Shown here: positions 1-12,584 of the stretch, in pieces
Position numbering within the stretch: position 1 is the first letter of the stretch
Layout: each line of letters opens with the position of its first letter
NCBI GenBank assembly: GCA_035084275.1
Contig: CM068765.1
Span: forward strand, 1,612,001-1,676,000
Source of the DNA: Hydrolagus colliei
Taxonomy: Eukaryota
Length of the DNA stretch: 64,000 bases
Direction: 5' to 3'
Translations under genes and position numbers: made by a program
Notes under the pieces: generated by a model
Told to the model about the DNA's origin: nothing
Seen by the model: the letters and a program-made list of their open reading frames with translations, nothing else
The model's database searches: none

Positions 1-139
1 TTCGAACAGCTGAAGCAGGAACGTAGCAACCGTCGCTGTGATACCAATGAAGAGGTTAATAACGATCAGGAACACATAGGCTGTGCTCGGCACCTCAAAC
101 CAGAAAGACGCTGGATACATGATTGGAGTGATCGACCAT
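1..139 (-). CDS. ABCA2: ABCA2 exon, TMD2, truncated by window edge ([21 protein letters not shown]...LLQLFE)
   Basis: tggcag|A TGG...; open to position 1. Confidence 0.95.
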
Positions 140-269
140 CTGCCAAGGAGAGAGTGACGTGGAGTGTTAATAACGGCCTCGTGAGAAACATCTGCCTTCT
201 GTCCTCTCCTTCCCCAGTGTCAACCCCGTCTCAGTTGGTAGCACTCTGCCCTCTTGAGCCAGAAGGTTG

Positions 270-490
270 TGGGAGGGTCTGGAACTCCCTCCCTCACTCT
301 CTTCACCTCGCTCCCCCCACCCTCCTCCTCTCTTTTTCCCCTTTTCAGGTCAAGGCTAAAGACCTTTCTTTTCGACCGCCCTGTTGGTCACCCTTTTCCC
401 ACCTCCCCCTGGCTCGGCCCCCGGGATCTGATATTGTGAAGCGCTCTGAGACGCCGTACGGCGTGCATGTAAATCCAAGTTGTGGTTGGT
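270..490 (+). mobile_element. L2-clade LINE 3' fragment, preceded by a Deu-SINE-type head at about 218-270
   Basis: tctggaactccctccct...aagacctttcttttcgacc (WNSLP...LKTFLF, typical of the L2 ORF2 end) plus gtgaagcgctctgagacg tail. Confidence 0.7.
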
Positions 491-1916
491 TAGTTCAACA
501 CCCCAATCAGGAATTTAAACTGAGCAGGTCCCAACTGCTTGATCAGGGGAATGTTAAAGATCCCATCGCTACGTTCGAAAAGAGAATGGAATTTCTCTCT
601 CCCCGTATCTGGCCAACAATCCCCCAAATTGTTCATTCACTTGTTGGCTGTTCGCAAAATTGGATGCCGTGTTCACCCACAAATGACACTCAAGCTTACA
701 GTGAAACGCTATGGGGTGTCCACCCCATGTGAAAAGTACAACAGTATATCAAATGTAATTAATAAAAATCCTTGCATTTGATATATTACGTCTCTGCGAT
801 ATCACAAAGCGCTTTACAAAATATACTGCAAAGTGATTTGACTGTATATTTTGGGGGGCAAAATATAATAATTATTCTTATATAAGCAACCAGAAGCTTT
901 GATTGAGCAACGGGTACAATTAATTGAACTGAACCCAGTGAAAGATTTTTAACCCTCAATAACCATGTGGAAGACAGGGTTAATTCAAGGGTTAATAACG
1001 TTGAATTTAGTCACCACACCCCTTGTTCAGAAGCAACGCTTGATTCGATCTCTTGCATTCTGATTTTAAAGACAGGTTACCACACCCAGTAAGTTAAAGC
1101 GCACTGGGCAGGGAGACAAAAAAAATGCCCTAACTTGACATTTAAGCACTTTAAATGTTATTTACATTCATAATCTGAAATGGCCAAATCTGAACTCTGT
1201 TTTATTTTCCCGTTGAACATTTAAACGCAAGATATATTTCCTGCCAGGCGCTCTGCCTACCTCATTTTAGTGAGTACTTGCTAATGAGAGCCAGAATTTA
1301 ATACCCTAGAGCATGAGTTGGGGTTGCAGTGGGAGTAGAACTCGCTAAATGTAGACCTACATAGCTTAACATTGAGTGAACTCTGTGGCAAGGCTTCCTA
1401 AACCTTGTCCAGCAAGCCCCACTCCACCCGATAACCTCATCTCCACCTCATGCGGGCCCCAACTCACATTTTGATGAACCATTTAGTACAATAATAATAA
1501 TAATAGTCTGTGCTATTTCTGGGGAACAATCAATTTACCCATGTGTTTACTCACATGTGTCCCACGCCTTGCTGGGAAACACATGAGACATGCCCAGACA
1601 ATCGGTATATTTGCACTAGGCAGACAAGTCAGCGATCCTGTATCTAATTGCAAAGTAAAAACGCCGAAATAGATTTAAAACGGGTCCTTCAACAAAGAAT
1701 CTTTCTACAAGCCATGTCTGATTAGCCCACAATCGTACAGTCGAATCGCTTTACAGCATACTCCGTGAAGCTGTTTCAGACGTCTGGAAGGCGTGAAAAG
1801 CGCTGTATCAAACGCAAGGATTATTATTATCACTTGGCTAAGGGCCAAACACAACAGCACTGGGACAGTTTGGCTCAATCTTGACATGCGTTACTCCATA
1901 CTTTCACGTGACTTAC

Positions 1917-2032
1917 CCATACAGCAAGAAGAGGGAGAGGACAGCTGGGAAGTTGGTGGGGGAGGTGTACGCCGGCAGATCAAACACAAATAGGATGAGG
2001 ACGCAGCAGGTCGCTGGCACCAAATAATTCAG
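1917..2032 (-). CDS. ABCA2: ABCA2 exon, TMD2 ([39 protein letters not shown])
   Basis: ccaaaag|CTG ... GG|gtaagt; 116 nt, phase 0-2. Confidence 0.95.
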
Positions 2033-2479
2033 CTTTTGGAACGAGAGAGAGAAAGAGACAACAATGAATGCCTCACGAACAGCACAGGTCCACAACACAA
2101 AGAAGCTCAATGGAATTGGTGGAAGCAGAAAATCTAATAATAGGTTTTATTCCGAGGCTCAGAGCTGAAGTCGGACTGAGATGATTAATCCATGTCGGCT
2201 GTTGAGGAGGATCAAAGATTTAAACAGCATTTTATGCAACAGTTCACAAAAATTCACTGGATAAACAAGAGACATGTTCCACACTGGAATCAACAAGAGG
2301 GAGTGTATATTCTATGCGTTAGGACAACCTCACAATCTGAACTCCTCATAGCCATTCAGACCCCCTCAGCCTGTTCCGCCATTCTATGACCTGTACCTCA
2401 ACTCTAAACTCTACTGAGATGCCTCTAGAACTAAGTGCAGTTGTGAAACATTCAACCGTAATTTATTATAAATATAATA

Positions 2480-2815
2480 ACAATAATAATCCTTACATTT
2501 GATATAGCGCTTTTCACGTCTTCTAGACGTCTCAAAGCGCTTCACAGAACATACTGTAAAGTGAGCTGACTGTATATTTGTGGGCGAAATGTGGCAGACA
2601 ATTGCGCACAGCAGCGTCCCCACAAACAGTCTTGGTTGAATTGACCACTTTTTTTTTTTTTTAAGGATTATTATTAGGCGCGTGTGTGTGTGTATGTGCG
2701 TGCGTGTGGAGTAAGGAAACTTGCCCATGGTTTTGCTCTGACCTGCCTGGATTTGAACATGGGTCTCACGCATATCAGGCTATAAGTGCTCTATAACCTG
2801 CTGAGCTACAGGAGC
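2480..2815 (-). mobile_element. tRNA-derived SINE, near full length
   Basis: Reverse complement of the 14095 family, head to (ATT)n tail. Confidence 0.88.
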
Positions 2816-2909
2816 TCCAATTTCTACCTCCTCAGAGCAGAGACAAAATATTTTCCCTCATCCCCACCATCTCTTACAATATAAAGAGTTAAATTCAAGC
2901 CGCCCTCAC

Positions 2910-3084
2910 CATATCCCAAACATAGTTGGCCAGCCAGTAGATGACTGGGTCACATCCACTGACAAACTGCAGGTGTTTGGCTTTCGTCGACTTCTCCGCC
3001 ACCAGGAAAACCACAAAGCTGGCCGGGACGAAGGACATGGCCACGATGATGAAGATAGCAATGACCACATCCGTGCCCTGCAGA
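2910..3084 (-). CDS. ABCA2: ABCA2 exon, TMD2 ([23 protein letters not shown]...ANYVWDM)
   Basis: cttcag|T ... ATG|gtgagg; 175 nt, phase 2-0. Confidence 0.96.
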
Positions 3085-3364
3085 CTGAAGGCAGAGGACG
3101 TGGAGAACCGTTAAGGTGAACTCAAAAACCCCATCGAGTACTGCATACTGGCGACCCGGATCGCAAGTGGCTTTGCACAGTTGTTGGTTCGAGGCAGGCG
3201 AGTTGTCATTGTTGCTAACAACGCACAGCCCTCAAGCTGTGTTTTATGATTTATTCAGTGGTCGGGAATAGTGATTTGAGAAAGACGAGGAGGAAAGGTT
3301 CAGCCCACAATGGGGAAGTCCAAAGTGAAACCTTCCACCATCGTGGGAATCACATATAGTTTTA

Positions 3365-3682
3365 CAGTAATAATAATCTTCTCATTTTGATATAGCGTTT
3401 TTTCACGTCTTCTAGACGTCTCAAAGCGCTTCCCAGAATATAATGTAAAGTGAATTGACTGTATATTTGTGGGTGAGACGCGGCAGCCAATTGCGCACGG
3501 CAGCGTCCCCCCCACAAACAGTCGTGGATTGACAATGACCAATTTTTATTACAGGTTATTTTTGGGGATGGATTATTATTAGGCGCGTGTGTGGAGTAAA
3601 GAAACTTGCCCGAGGTTTCACCCTGAACTACCTGGATTCGAACCACAGTTTGTAAGGCGAGTGCTCTAATCACCGAGCTACA
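3365..3682 (-). mobile_element. tRNA-derived SINE, near full length
   Basis: Same family, antisense. Confidence 0.88.
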
Positions 3683-3909
3683 CCACACACTGTAGAGGAT
3701 GCTGCGTTGTAAAGCTACGCTCCGTTCCTGTGAGACTCATCACACGAAGGGTGGGTGCAGCGGCGGAATGCTTTCTTTATAATCACACCAGGTAATTGCC
3801 ATGTCAAATTGAATACCCCAGTGAGGATTGTCACATGCACGGTTACACGGAACAATGTCGAGGCAACAAATGCTGTAAATATCAACTGTTGTATTAACTC
3901 AAATCTTAC

Positions 3910-3970
3910 AGGTAGTCGAGAGACAGGCTGGCGCTGGTCTTGTTCATTGGATGATTAGTTACTGTGATAC
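3910..3970 (-). CDS. ABCA2: ABCA2 exon ([21 protein letters not shown])
   Basis: tcttag|GT ... CT|gtaaga; 61 nt, phase 1-2. Confidence 0.95.
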
Positions 3971-5927
3971 CTAAGAAGACAAGTGAGACGTTAATTAATT
4001 AAAGCACAGCCATGCAAATAAAGTCTGTGCAGCACTTAGATTGTATTTTTTTTAGTTGGGTACTTAGTGTTTACACAGTAATGGCTTAGAACAGGAATAA
4101 TAATCCATGCATTTGACACAGCATCTTATCATATCGTCAAACAATCTCAAAGTGCTTCATGAGATTTACTGTGAAGTGTAGTGCCTGGGTGTTTTGTGGA
4201 CAACTTGAACAGAATTGAAGGCTACTTTGCATCAGTGATGCTTTCATGCAATTTGCTCCTCCTCTATTCCAAACGTGTTTTCTTTTGGATGAGACAGGGA
4301 GAACACTGATCACTAAGGGTCTGAAACACAAATGGAAAATGTGCAAAACGCACAAAATAATCTCATCATTATTAATCTTTATTTATATCGCAGAAAGACA
4401 AATCAGTCAGTCAGTCAAAGTGACTGTTCTATGCCACGACGTCTCAATCATGTCGCCTTCCCATTCGCATAAGACAGATGGTGACCCTCTGAACCGCAGT
4501 ATCTGTTCCCCGACATGTGGAAACGGAGAGAGTTCTTGCAACGTTCGCAAACATCACAGCAGACGCTGAGAGATATTAACAGTCATTGGAAATGATATGA
4601 AACATCCCGGCCTTGACAGGTGCCACTCTGCAAATCACTTCTGAACCCATTTTTATCTGTAAGCATCCACTTTACCAGGATTTTATGAAATCCTCTCGGG
4701 GGGAGAAAAACACAACACAATAATCAGATCCAGTCATTAAAGTTTTGATATAAAAATAAATGTTGGTCCTTTTGAAGGTGTTTCACAAAACAACTGTACC
4801 CCCAAAGAGTTCAGAATGCTAACGTGTGAGATATAAGTTCCTATTCGCTCTCTCTCTCTCTGCCTATCCTTCCGTCCGTACTTCGCCCTCCCCCAAAAAA
4901 TATTCCCCGTACACATCAGTCCCATTGTTAGTCATTTCAATACAGGATACCGGAGTAGGAGAAAATTACATTTGGAAAAGCAATGATCGGTAGAGCGAGG
5001 CTGATTGATCGAGAAAAAGCCACCAAAATCAAATCTTTCCAGAGAGGAGTGCGGCAAAGGATTGTTTTATGTAAAAAAAACACAACTTAAGGGGACCCAA
5101 AGCAAAACAATATTTCCTATAGACTTTTTCCGCCAACAGATGGCACTGTATTGTACATTTTCCGAATGGTACACAACACACTGGCTGGGCGTTTGGAAAC
5201 TGCACCTCATTAAAACCAAACCCAGACCTTTTCAGCCTCATCCCCGCTCGGAAAAAAGAAGGGCCTCGCTTGTTAATCACGTCTGTCAGCTTGCAATTCA
5301 GCCCAGATCAATTTGAGAGCGTAAGCCGCGGGTTATTTATCATTATTACAGATATTGTTAGCAGTAGTCCTGAAGTCAATTAGTCGTCACATAATGGGGG
5401 CAAGATAAAAAGAGCCAGGTGATGAGGGCGAAACAGGAATGGCTTCTCTCTAATGACTGGTAAATAAAACCATGGTTGAAGGCAAAGCGGACTGTTCTAA
5501 CAAGCTTCGGGCCACCAGTTGCAAGAGGAGGCATTGAAACAATCGCAACCTTCGAAGCGACTCGACAGGTGAATTGTTTTGACGTGATCGGGTGCGATAT
5601 TAAAACGCAGGGCGCAGGAAAGAGGTCAAACCTGTCCTGAGGAATAGGAACTAATTGGCTGCGCAAACGGAGAGCTCGTCTTGCTCGCGTTTGAGACAAG
5701 GAGAAGCCGCGAGTTTGACTTTGAAGCGGCTGTTGGGTCTAATTAGCTCCCGCCGTTTGACAGTGAAGAAAACGACGTCCGTAAACAATCGTGAGGAAAA
5801 CTGATAGGTCAGCGCCGATTGCATGAGTGATTGAACAGATCCATGGGAAACGACACCTTTTATTGTCTCTGTTCCGAACAAGTATTCTAAAATTTTTAAA
5901 AAAAATTCCCTTCAGCCAGGTGTCTGT

Positions 5928-6255
5928 GAGCTCCTGTAGCTCAGCGGTTAGAGCGCTCGCCTTACAACCTGTGCTCGAATCCAGGCAGATCAGGGCGAAT
6001 ACCGTAGTCAAGTTTCCTTACTCCACCCACACACACACACGCCTAATAATAATAATCCGTCCCCCAAAAAAGCCACAATAATAAAAATGAGTCATTTTCA
6101 ATCCACACTTGTGGGTTCACTGCTGTGCGCAATTGGCTGCCGCGTTTCGCCCACAGTCAACTCACTTTACAGTACTGTTCTGTGAAGCGCTTTGAGATGT
6201 CGATAAATTGTGAAAAGCGCGATATCAAATGCAAGGATAATTATTATTATTATTA
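5928..6255 (+). mobile_element. tRNA-derived SINE, full length
   Basis: Same family; ctcctgtagctcagcggttagagc head, (ATT)n tail. Confidence 0.88.
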
Positions 6256-7626
6256 TAAACCCATCGTCACCGTGCTTAAGAGTATCCGAGGGAGCTGTAT
6301 AAATCCAAGTTGTTGTTGTGGTATCCAAACTGTGCATTCCTTACTCCCGCAAGTGAAAAATTCCCAATTTCACTGCTTAGGAGTTTACAAACAACTGTGA
6401 TTCAACTAAACGTTATATAATCGGATTAGGCCCTTTAAGGGAAGCTTCAATCCTTCGTCAAAGAATGTTTCCAGGCATCGCACGAGCCACCAGCGTAACA
6501 AATACATCTTACAAGCAGTCAATTGATCGGACTGCACTGAATCACTGAAGGGACTAATAGGCTGCAATTGGATAATCAGCTCAGAATCAGCTCGTCTGTG
6601 ATGCCTGCGAGAGCTGCAAGTGATATGTATTTAAATGTCCTCGTTTCAGGGCCTAATAAGCACAAGTGCGCAGCACAAAACCTTCCCAACTGCAGCTCAA
6701 AGTGGCGGTCAAATTCATCGAAACCTTTCACGGCTGTCAAAATTAGAACAATCCACTGAGAGCACGCCTTAACTCCGAACATCTTAACACTGACTTGCAA
6801 TCTCCCCCTGTCTTCGTATTCCCCCGGAGGAGGTATTTAGTTGACTATCGACCGTCTCTCTTTCCGACGCTAGCTGACGAAAACCTCAGAGCGCAGCCAA
6901 CTCGCGTCAAGGCGAGGCTCGTCAGTGATGATGGCCGGTCAGGATTCTCATCGATAGTGTCCGGTCTCGCATCAATGTGGTTCACGATCAGTTGCACAGC
7001 AAACCACCCTCCGCTCTCCCCCACTCCACCCAAAAAAACGGCTTGTGTTTGTAACTCGTTTATCTGGGCTGTAGAAAATTAATAACTCAGAAATGACAGC
7101 TACAGCCAAAACAAATACTCCCATCCCAATCCCTGGAGCCCATTGACAACACTAACACAACAAGCAACATCTGGCTCCAGAATCCACTGGGAAACAAGTT
7201 ACGAGAAAGCTTCGGTCATGACTGCGAAATGGCCATGACTTTTCGAAGAGTATTTAACCTGGCTGCTTTGTTTCAACGTCTCTGGCAAAAATCACAAGCT
7301 CGCAAATCGACAAAGACCGGTCAGACTGGGGGGAATAACGACACGAGTAGGGAAGGGAGAGGCAGAGAGCAGACAAGCGAGCTTCTCTCTCCTGGCCAAC
7401 AATGTACCTCATACAATTGATCATTCACTCCGTTTGTGGAACATTGCCGGGCGCAATTGTGCCGGCCGCGTTTGTCTGCAAATAGACAGTCACTCCACTT
7501 CACAGCAAATCCTATTTAAAAAGTGCTTTGAGACGTGCGTCCGACTCGATGAGGATGTTAGAACAGATGCAAGGATTATTACGATCGTTATTCGCTCAAG
7601 TTCAGTCATTGCGCAGGCAATGTTAC

Positions 7627-7738
7627 CGTATCCAGCAGGGTTTCCCTTGGACTTGGGCAGGTTGGCTCTGAGAATGGCATTGTTCAAGGCATTCAGGTAG
7701 GTGGGCATGCTGTGATAGCCTTTGTTGTTGTAGAATGC
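7627..7738 (-). CDS. ABCA2: ABCA2 exon ([37 protein letters not shown])
   Basis: acgcag|GCA ... G|gtaaca; 112 nt, phase 0-1. Confidence 0.96.
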
Positions 7739-7929
7739 CTGCGTAGATACAAACAGAATGATCAGCCTCTGTGTATTGGAGGTCTAACAATATGTATATT
7801 TAAAATAATAAAACACTGGTTCCTTTGGTCAATTTTCTGCAAAAATACGAACGGCATCCACACTGGTGCAAAGAGCTGCCATCTTGTGAAAAGTTTTTTG
7901 AGTCATTCTTGACGTGATGATTAACGATG

Positions 7930-8130
7930 ACAAGAACCACCTGAGCTGGGAGGCGGGGATCGAGGAGGGTGCAGGGCAGGTGGTGAAGGAGGGTGAGTGA
8001 AGCCACGGTCGAAGAGGAGGGTCTTGAGACGGATCTTGAAGGAGAGGGGAGCGAGGAAGAGGGATAGCGGGATGGAGTTCCAGAGGGTGGGAGAAGAGTG
8101 GCCGAAGTCTCGCACGCCAATGGTGGGCTT
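7930..8130 (-). mobile_element. L2 LINE 3' fragment
   Basis: Translates PTLWNSIP...FKIRLKTLLFD. Confidence 0.7.
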
Positions 8131-8220
8131 ACATTACGCACAGCGCACATCACGCGAGGCCAGAACAACGCTAAGCATTAAAGGACCGGAGAAAGGCACC
8201 CGTTGCTCTACCCTCCTTAC

Positions 8221-8326
8221 CTGCGCCGTCCTTCTGACCGCAATCTTCCGCACCATCGGAGCCGCCCTCGCGCCAAAAGAGGCTGGGATCGATCTCTGCA
8301 CGTTGCCGAAAGTCACTCCTCCGTAC
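8221..8326 (-). CDS. ABCA2: ABCA2 exon ([35 protein letters not shown])
   Basis: ccgcag|G ... CAG|gtaagg; 106 nt, phase 2-0. Confidence 0.95.
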
Positions 8327-8589
8327 CTGCGGGAATGAATTCGAGCGACAACTTAGCCAAACCTACCGGGGCCGGCAGGGAATTAATAACCTTCTCTCCC
8401 ACTGCGCCCGACACCGAACCACCACCACCACAACAACAACTTCCATTTTGCGTTCGTATCGCACCCTCCACGCTGGGTGGTGTCTCAGAGTACCTACCGG
8501 TGAGTGACGGAGCCCGGGGGCCAGGTCGTGGGGAATGGGGGGAGGGGGGTTGGGAGGTGACCGGATCTACTGCGAGAAAATCCACCAAC

Positions 8590-8803
8590 CTGTGCAGCCT
8601 GAAGCGATCAGAGGTGAACAGAATGTATTCAGACACGTTGCGGCCGGTGATATCAACCAAAATATCCCCCGTCACGACCTTCATCTGTGGCGTGCGCCCA
8701 CCGACCCCGCTCGGGCAGGAGAACCCTGTGCCCTGCATGGAGCAAGTACATCTCACGGGCTCGTGGACCTTGTGCGGCTGCGACGGAGAGGAGGTAAACG
8801 GTT
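8590..8803 (-). CDS. ABCA2: ABCA2 exon, ECD2 ([17 protein letters not shown]...SDRFRLHR)
   Basis: cgacag|AA ... AG|gttggt; 214 nt, phase 1-2. Confidence 0.95.
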
Positions 8804-9101
8804 CTGTCGGGAAAAGCAAACGGTTTCGTTTAGTTTCGGCTCCCAGTTTGAGGTGAGCGAGTCCAAGCCAAACCCAAGCCAGGCTCTCGGCCCACACCCC
8901 GATACAAACGATATATTCCCTGCCAAACGGCGAAACGCAGCTCAGCTGATTGATTGGCACTTTAACGATACTGCAATAAGTCCAAAGAAAAAGCACCTCG
9001 TGTGGTTCACTGGGAGTTTGCAACGAGAACCACTCATCACACAGTGAGTCCACTCGATGAACGTGCCTTGCCTCATTGTTTCTCCCAGCGGAGTGAATTA
9101 C

Positions 9102-9430
9102 CATTGATTGCCGTGGGCGTCGTGGTGAGATTCCAAGAGTGGAGCCCGTCCTCAATGCCGCTGTCCGGGAAGTCCGACGGGGCGGGCGAAGGGGGCAGCG
9201 GGACAAAGTTGGAGAGCGGCAAGCCTTGGGTGAAGGAGTCCAGGCACATGGAGTCAAAGTATTTCGAGGCCAGCATCTTGGTCTCGCTGGTGGAGAGATT
9301 GAGGGTCTGTACCAGCTGGTCTAACGTGCTGTTGTACGGAGTCTTTAGGACACAGGTGGCCCCGATGCCCGACGGTAGATGGAAAGTGTTTACGATCTGC
9401 TGGGGGCTGGCATCCGGCGATAACTTTATC
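9102..9430 (-). CDS. ABCA2: ABCA2 exon, ECD2 ([16 protein letters not shown]...[12 protein letters not shown]...TAIN)
   Basis: acgcag|G ... G|gtaatt; 329 nt, phase 2-1. Confidence 0.94.
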
Positions 9431-9953
9431 CTGCGTTACAGCGATAAAATAACATCAATGCTGAGACTTTTTATGCCAAAGTACTTTTTTCTCCTTTCGC
9501 TCTCACCCCACCCCCCACACCCCACCCCCACCTACCTATTCCTCACCAACCTAATTTTGAAAAAAAAAATCAATGCAAGCAAATGAGAAGCACGCAGATT
9601 TTGCAAACCAGCATCGATGTCACGCACTTACGTAAGTCCCCTTTGCCTAAGCCAAGGCTTGCATCCTAATGTCAGGCAAGCGAACCCGTACACTTGAATC
9701 GGGGGCAATTTCCATGCTATGAACGAGGATTGAGATTCTAGAAACTCACAGCAACAATAGCGTGTGGTGAAGTTTGGCACCGAGCCGGGGAGCGGAGTGG
9801 TGGAGTGGTGGGGTGGGGGGATGGGGGGGTGGGGGGGTGGGGGGGTGGGGGTAAAGTGTCCGTAGGCACTTGTTCAAACAGGAAAGTCTTCAGCTGTGAC
9901 GGGAGGAGAAGTGGGGGCGGGGGCAAGACAGAGGCAGAGTACTGGATAAATAC

Positions 9954-10056
9954 CTGTATTCTTTTGTTTCCTCGTCCGCATATGGTATAAAGTTTCCTCG
10001 TGGCTGGGTGTAATTGTGATACTGAGATGGGGAAAGGATCAGAGGAGGCAAGTCAC
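9954..10056 (-). CDS. ABCA2: ABCA2 exon, ECD2 ([34 protein letters not shown])
   Basis: tcccag|GT ... AG|gtattt; 103 nt, phase 1-2. Confidence 0.95.
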
Positions 10057-10299
10057 CTGGGAGAGAAGGTGGGAGGAAAACAGTTTTTTTAAAAAAAAAA
10101 AAGTCGATAGGTTAAACTCGCGAAGAAAAAAAGAAAACGCATTCACCCTCTCAAAGGCACAGAACTGAACTCTCACTGTCTTTTGTGGAAAACAAATCTC
10201 TAGTCATTAAGTTTTCCCTCAACAACAATATTGCCTTTGATGTAGTGCCTTTTCATGTCGTCGAGCTTCACGGAACATACTGCAATATAACTGACTGTA

Positions 10300-10490
10300 T
10301 ATTTTAATAATAATAATCCTTGCATTTGATATAGCCCTTTCCACATCCTATCGACGCCTCAAAGCGCTTCACAGAATATACCGTAAAGCGAATTGACTTG
10401 TATATTTGTGGGCGAAACGCGCCAGCCAATTGCGCACAACGGCGATCCCACAAACAGTCGTGGATTGAAATGACCAATTTTATTATTGTG
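10300..10490 (-). mobile_element. SINE 3' half
   Basis: Same family, tail and central block. Confidence 0.8.
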
Positions 10491-10561
10491 GTGCGAAACG
10501 CGTTATGAACGAACGCACGGACGGACGAATACAACTCATCGTATAGTTGGGATTTCAATAC

Positions 10562-10771
10562 CTATTTCGGGTACCGAGAGAGCGACCGTCATCGCCACAC
10601 ACACAAAGAACGCCGGGAGCAGGATCTGAGAGAATAGTCCTTTCGTGTTGCGTTTGGCACAGTGGTAGCGTTTCACGATCAGCCCGTGGAACTGACAGAG
10701 TTTCAACCAGGAGCCCTCCAGTTTGCAGCTGCCTTGACCTTCCAGGACGAAGCTCTTTGGTTCTGCTTCTG
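10562..10771 (-). CDS. ABCA2: ABCA2 exon, TM7 (…[24 protein letters not shown]...VALSVPEI)
   Basis: Tandem acceptors cag|cag|aag|cag, so the start is 10771 or 10768; donor G|gtattg; phase 1-1. Confidence 0.93.
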
Positions 10772-11734
10772 CTGCACCGCGAAAGACATGAGATGAGAGG
10801 AAGAGAGAAACAATCAAGAGGTTGTTTTTTTTCACCCCCTCAAAATATGGGCGCCTCAACCGAGGCTGAGGCAATCCGAGTTCCCATCGTTCGTTGCCTT
10901 TCTTTATTTAAAAGTAGTCCTTGAAAAGGGACTAATTTTCTTTCTATTCAAAGCCTTTCTTCTAAAACGTACAGAGCACACAGACCCAATGCGCCTCATT
11001 GATGCCCCTGTGACATATATTATAAATTCCATCCCCATCATCCCTTGTGGTTGTTGCTGAGACATTGGTGTGTGTGAGCATTTGCACTGCGTTACTACGC
11101 CTTCCCCCACCCGTCCTCCAACTGACACATTGAAGTCTCGATGCTACAGGCTACATCCTCAAAGTTCGGAATAACCTCATCTAAAATTGATAGGATATCT
11201 CGGAATGGAAATAAGACCTTGAAAGGAGCTGGTTGAATGCAAAAACAAATAACAAGTAGGTGATCTTGTGTCGAGAGTGCCAAATCTGTATTCCGTTCAC
11301 TGTGAGAATTTGTGTAGTCAATTTCTCTACAGAACAGGTTTATATGAAGATAATTAGGCAATTACCAGAGCGCTTGATACCCTGCATGCAAATGATACCT
11401 TCTAGACACCAGAAAAGCACCAGCGAGGTAAAGATTAGTGTTGTTACGCTTCGCGTCAAACAGATTTCTGAATTAAGCAGGAAAGCCTGACAGGAAAAAT
11501 ATTTCTGTAGGATCGTAACCAATGTTATTGTGACAGTCTATATCACCTTGCTGTGCTTCTTCAGGCTCGGAGTCTGGTTATAATTATGAGCAGGAATTAT
11601 TTTGGCACGGTTCCCAAATCTACCTGGAACTGAATGTTGCTAAGAGCGGGTTAACAAGCTAAAGTGACTTCACAGATTACATTGCCCGCCAACCACAAAC
11701 CCCAAATAATAAAATTATACTGCCTTATTACACC

Positions 11735-11990
11735 GTGAAAAGCATCTCCAAAGCACTTTGTGGGATTTATTGTGCGAAGTGTTGTTTTATGGGTGAGCAA
11801 GACGGAAGATATGTGAACAGCAATTTTATCTGGAGACTTGTTGGCCCTGGCATTGGGAAAAGCTCACTCGTTCTTTTTTTTTCTTCTCAAACCATGGGAT
11901 CTTTGACTTGCGTTCCCCGAGCAGGCAAACTGGACCTCGTCTTAACGTTTATCCAATGGATGGCGTGTCCGACAAAGCACTCAACCGAAG
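11735..11990 (-). mobile_element. Old Deu-domain SINE fragment
   Basis: ccatgggatctttgac...ctcgtcttaacgtttatccaatggatggcgtgtccgaca resembles the recalled Deu core. Confidence 0.55.
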
Positions 11991-12302
11991 GTGAACTCGG
12001 ACTCGCGATCTCGCTGACACATTGCTATAGCTGTCAAAGAGCTGATGTATTGTGCTGCCTTCAACAGAGGACCTCAGCGTGTAAGTATTGGCAACGTGCA
12101 ATTGGAGCTGAAAGGATTTGTAGAGGTACGGATCAGCCATGATCTAAATTAAATCAAAGGGCTGAATGGCCTACTCCCGTTTCTGCGTCTATCAACCTCA
12201 CCACTCATCTCAAGGACCACATTTATTTATTCTCTTAGCTGTGTGGAAACTGGGACGAACGCACCACAAGTATTAAAAGACACCCGGCGTACGAGAGCTT
12301 AC

Positions 12303-12584
12303 CTTGCAAGCTGAGGTTGTCTGGATCGTTCAGGTTATCGAAGAGCGGCACGTAATCTCCGTAGAATTCCGAGTAGCCGGCCATCTCGTCCCCCCGGACA
12401 GAGCCCACGGAGGAAGAAGAATGGACAGATGATTGGGACAGGCTGAGCCTGGAGCAGGTGACTAAATTGCTCAGGATGTCTTCCGGCTTGTTCAGATTGC
12501 CTTGCTCGGGAACCTCCTTGTGTCGGCCATTTTTACTGGCGGCCTGCGGTGTCTGTAAGTCCTCCTTCCCGGAATCTTTGTCGT
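12303..12584 (-). CDS. ABCA2: ABCA2 exon, cytoplasmic linker (DDKDSGKEDL...DPDNLSLQ)
   Basis: ctccgccaag|AC ... G|gtaagc; 282 nt, phase 1-1. Confidence 0.9.

Noticed and set aside
154-732. 192-aa plus-strand ORF
   Set aside because: It is a chance frame across a SINE head, an L2 3' fragment and a SINE tail.
8950-8995. Good-looking upstream acceptor (ctttttctttggacttattgcag) in the 8804-9101 intron
   Set aside because: Using it gives a TGA within 10 codons, and no frame-preserving donor follows.
8203-9586. Long overlapping ORFs (8313-9257 minus, 314 aa; 8203-8856, 8535-9047 and 9002-9586 plus)
   Set aside because: They are read-throughs or antisense shadows of GC-rich ABCA2 exons. Only the spliced segments match ABCA2 and there is no independent gene signal.
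9626-9740. Palindromic acttacgtaagt donor with an upstream tttctag acceptor (cryptic exon of about 106 nt)
   Set aside because: It is frame-shifting with an in-frame TAG and a weak pyrimidine tract, with no further support.
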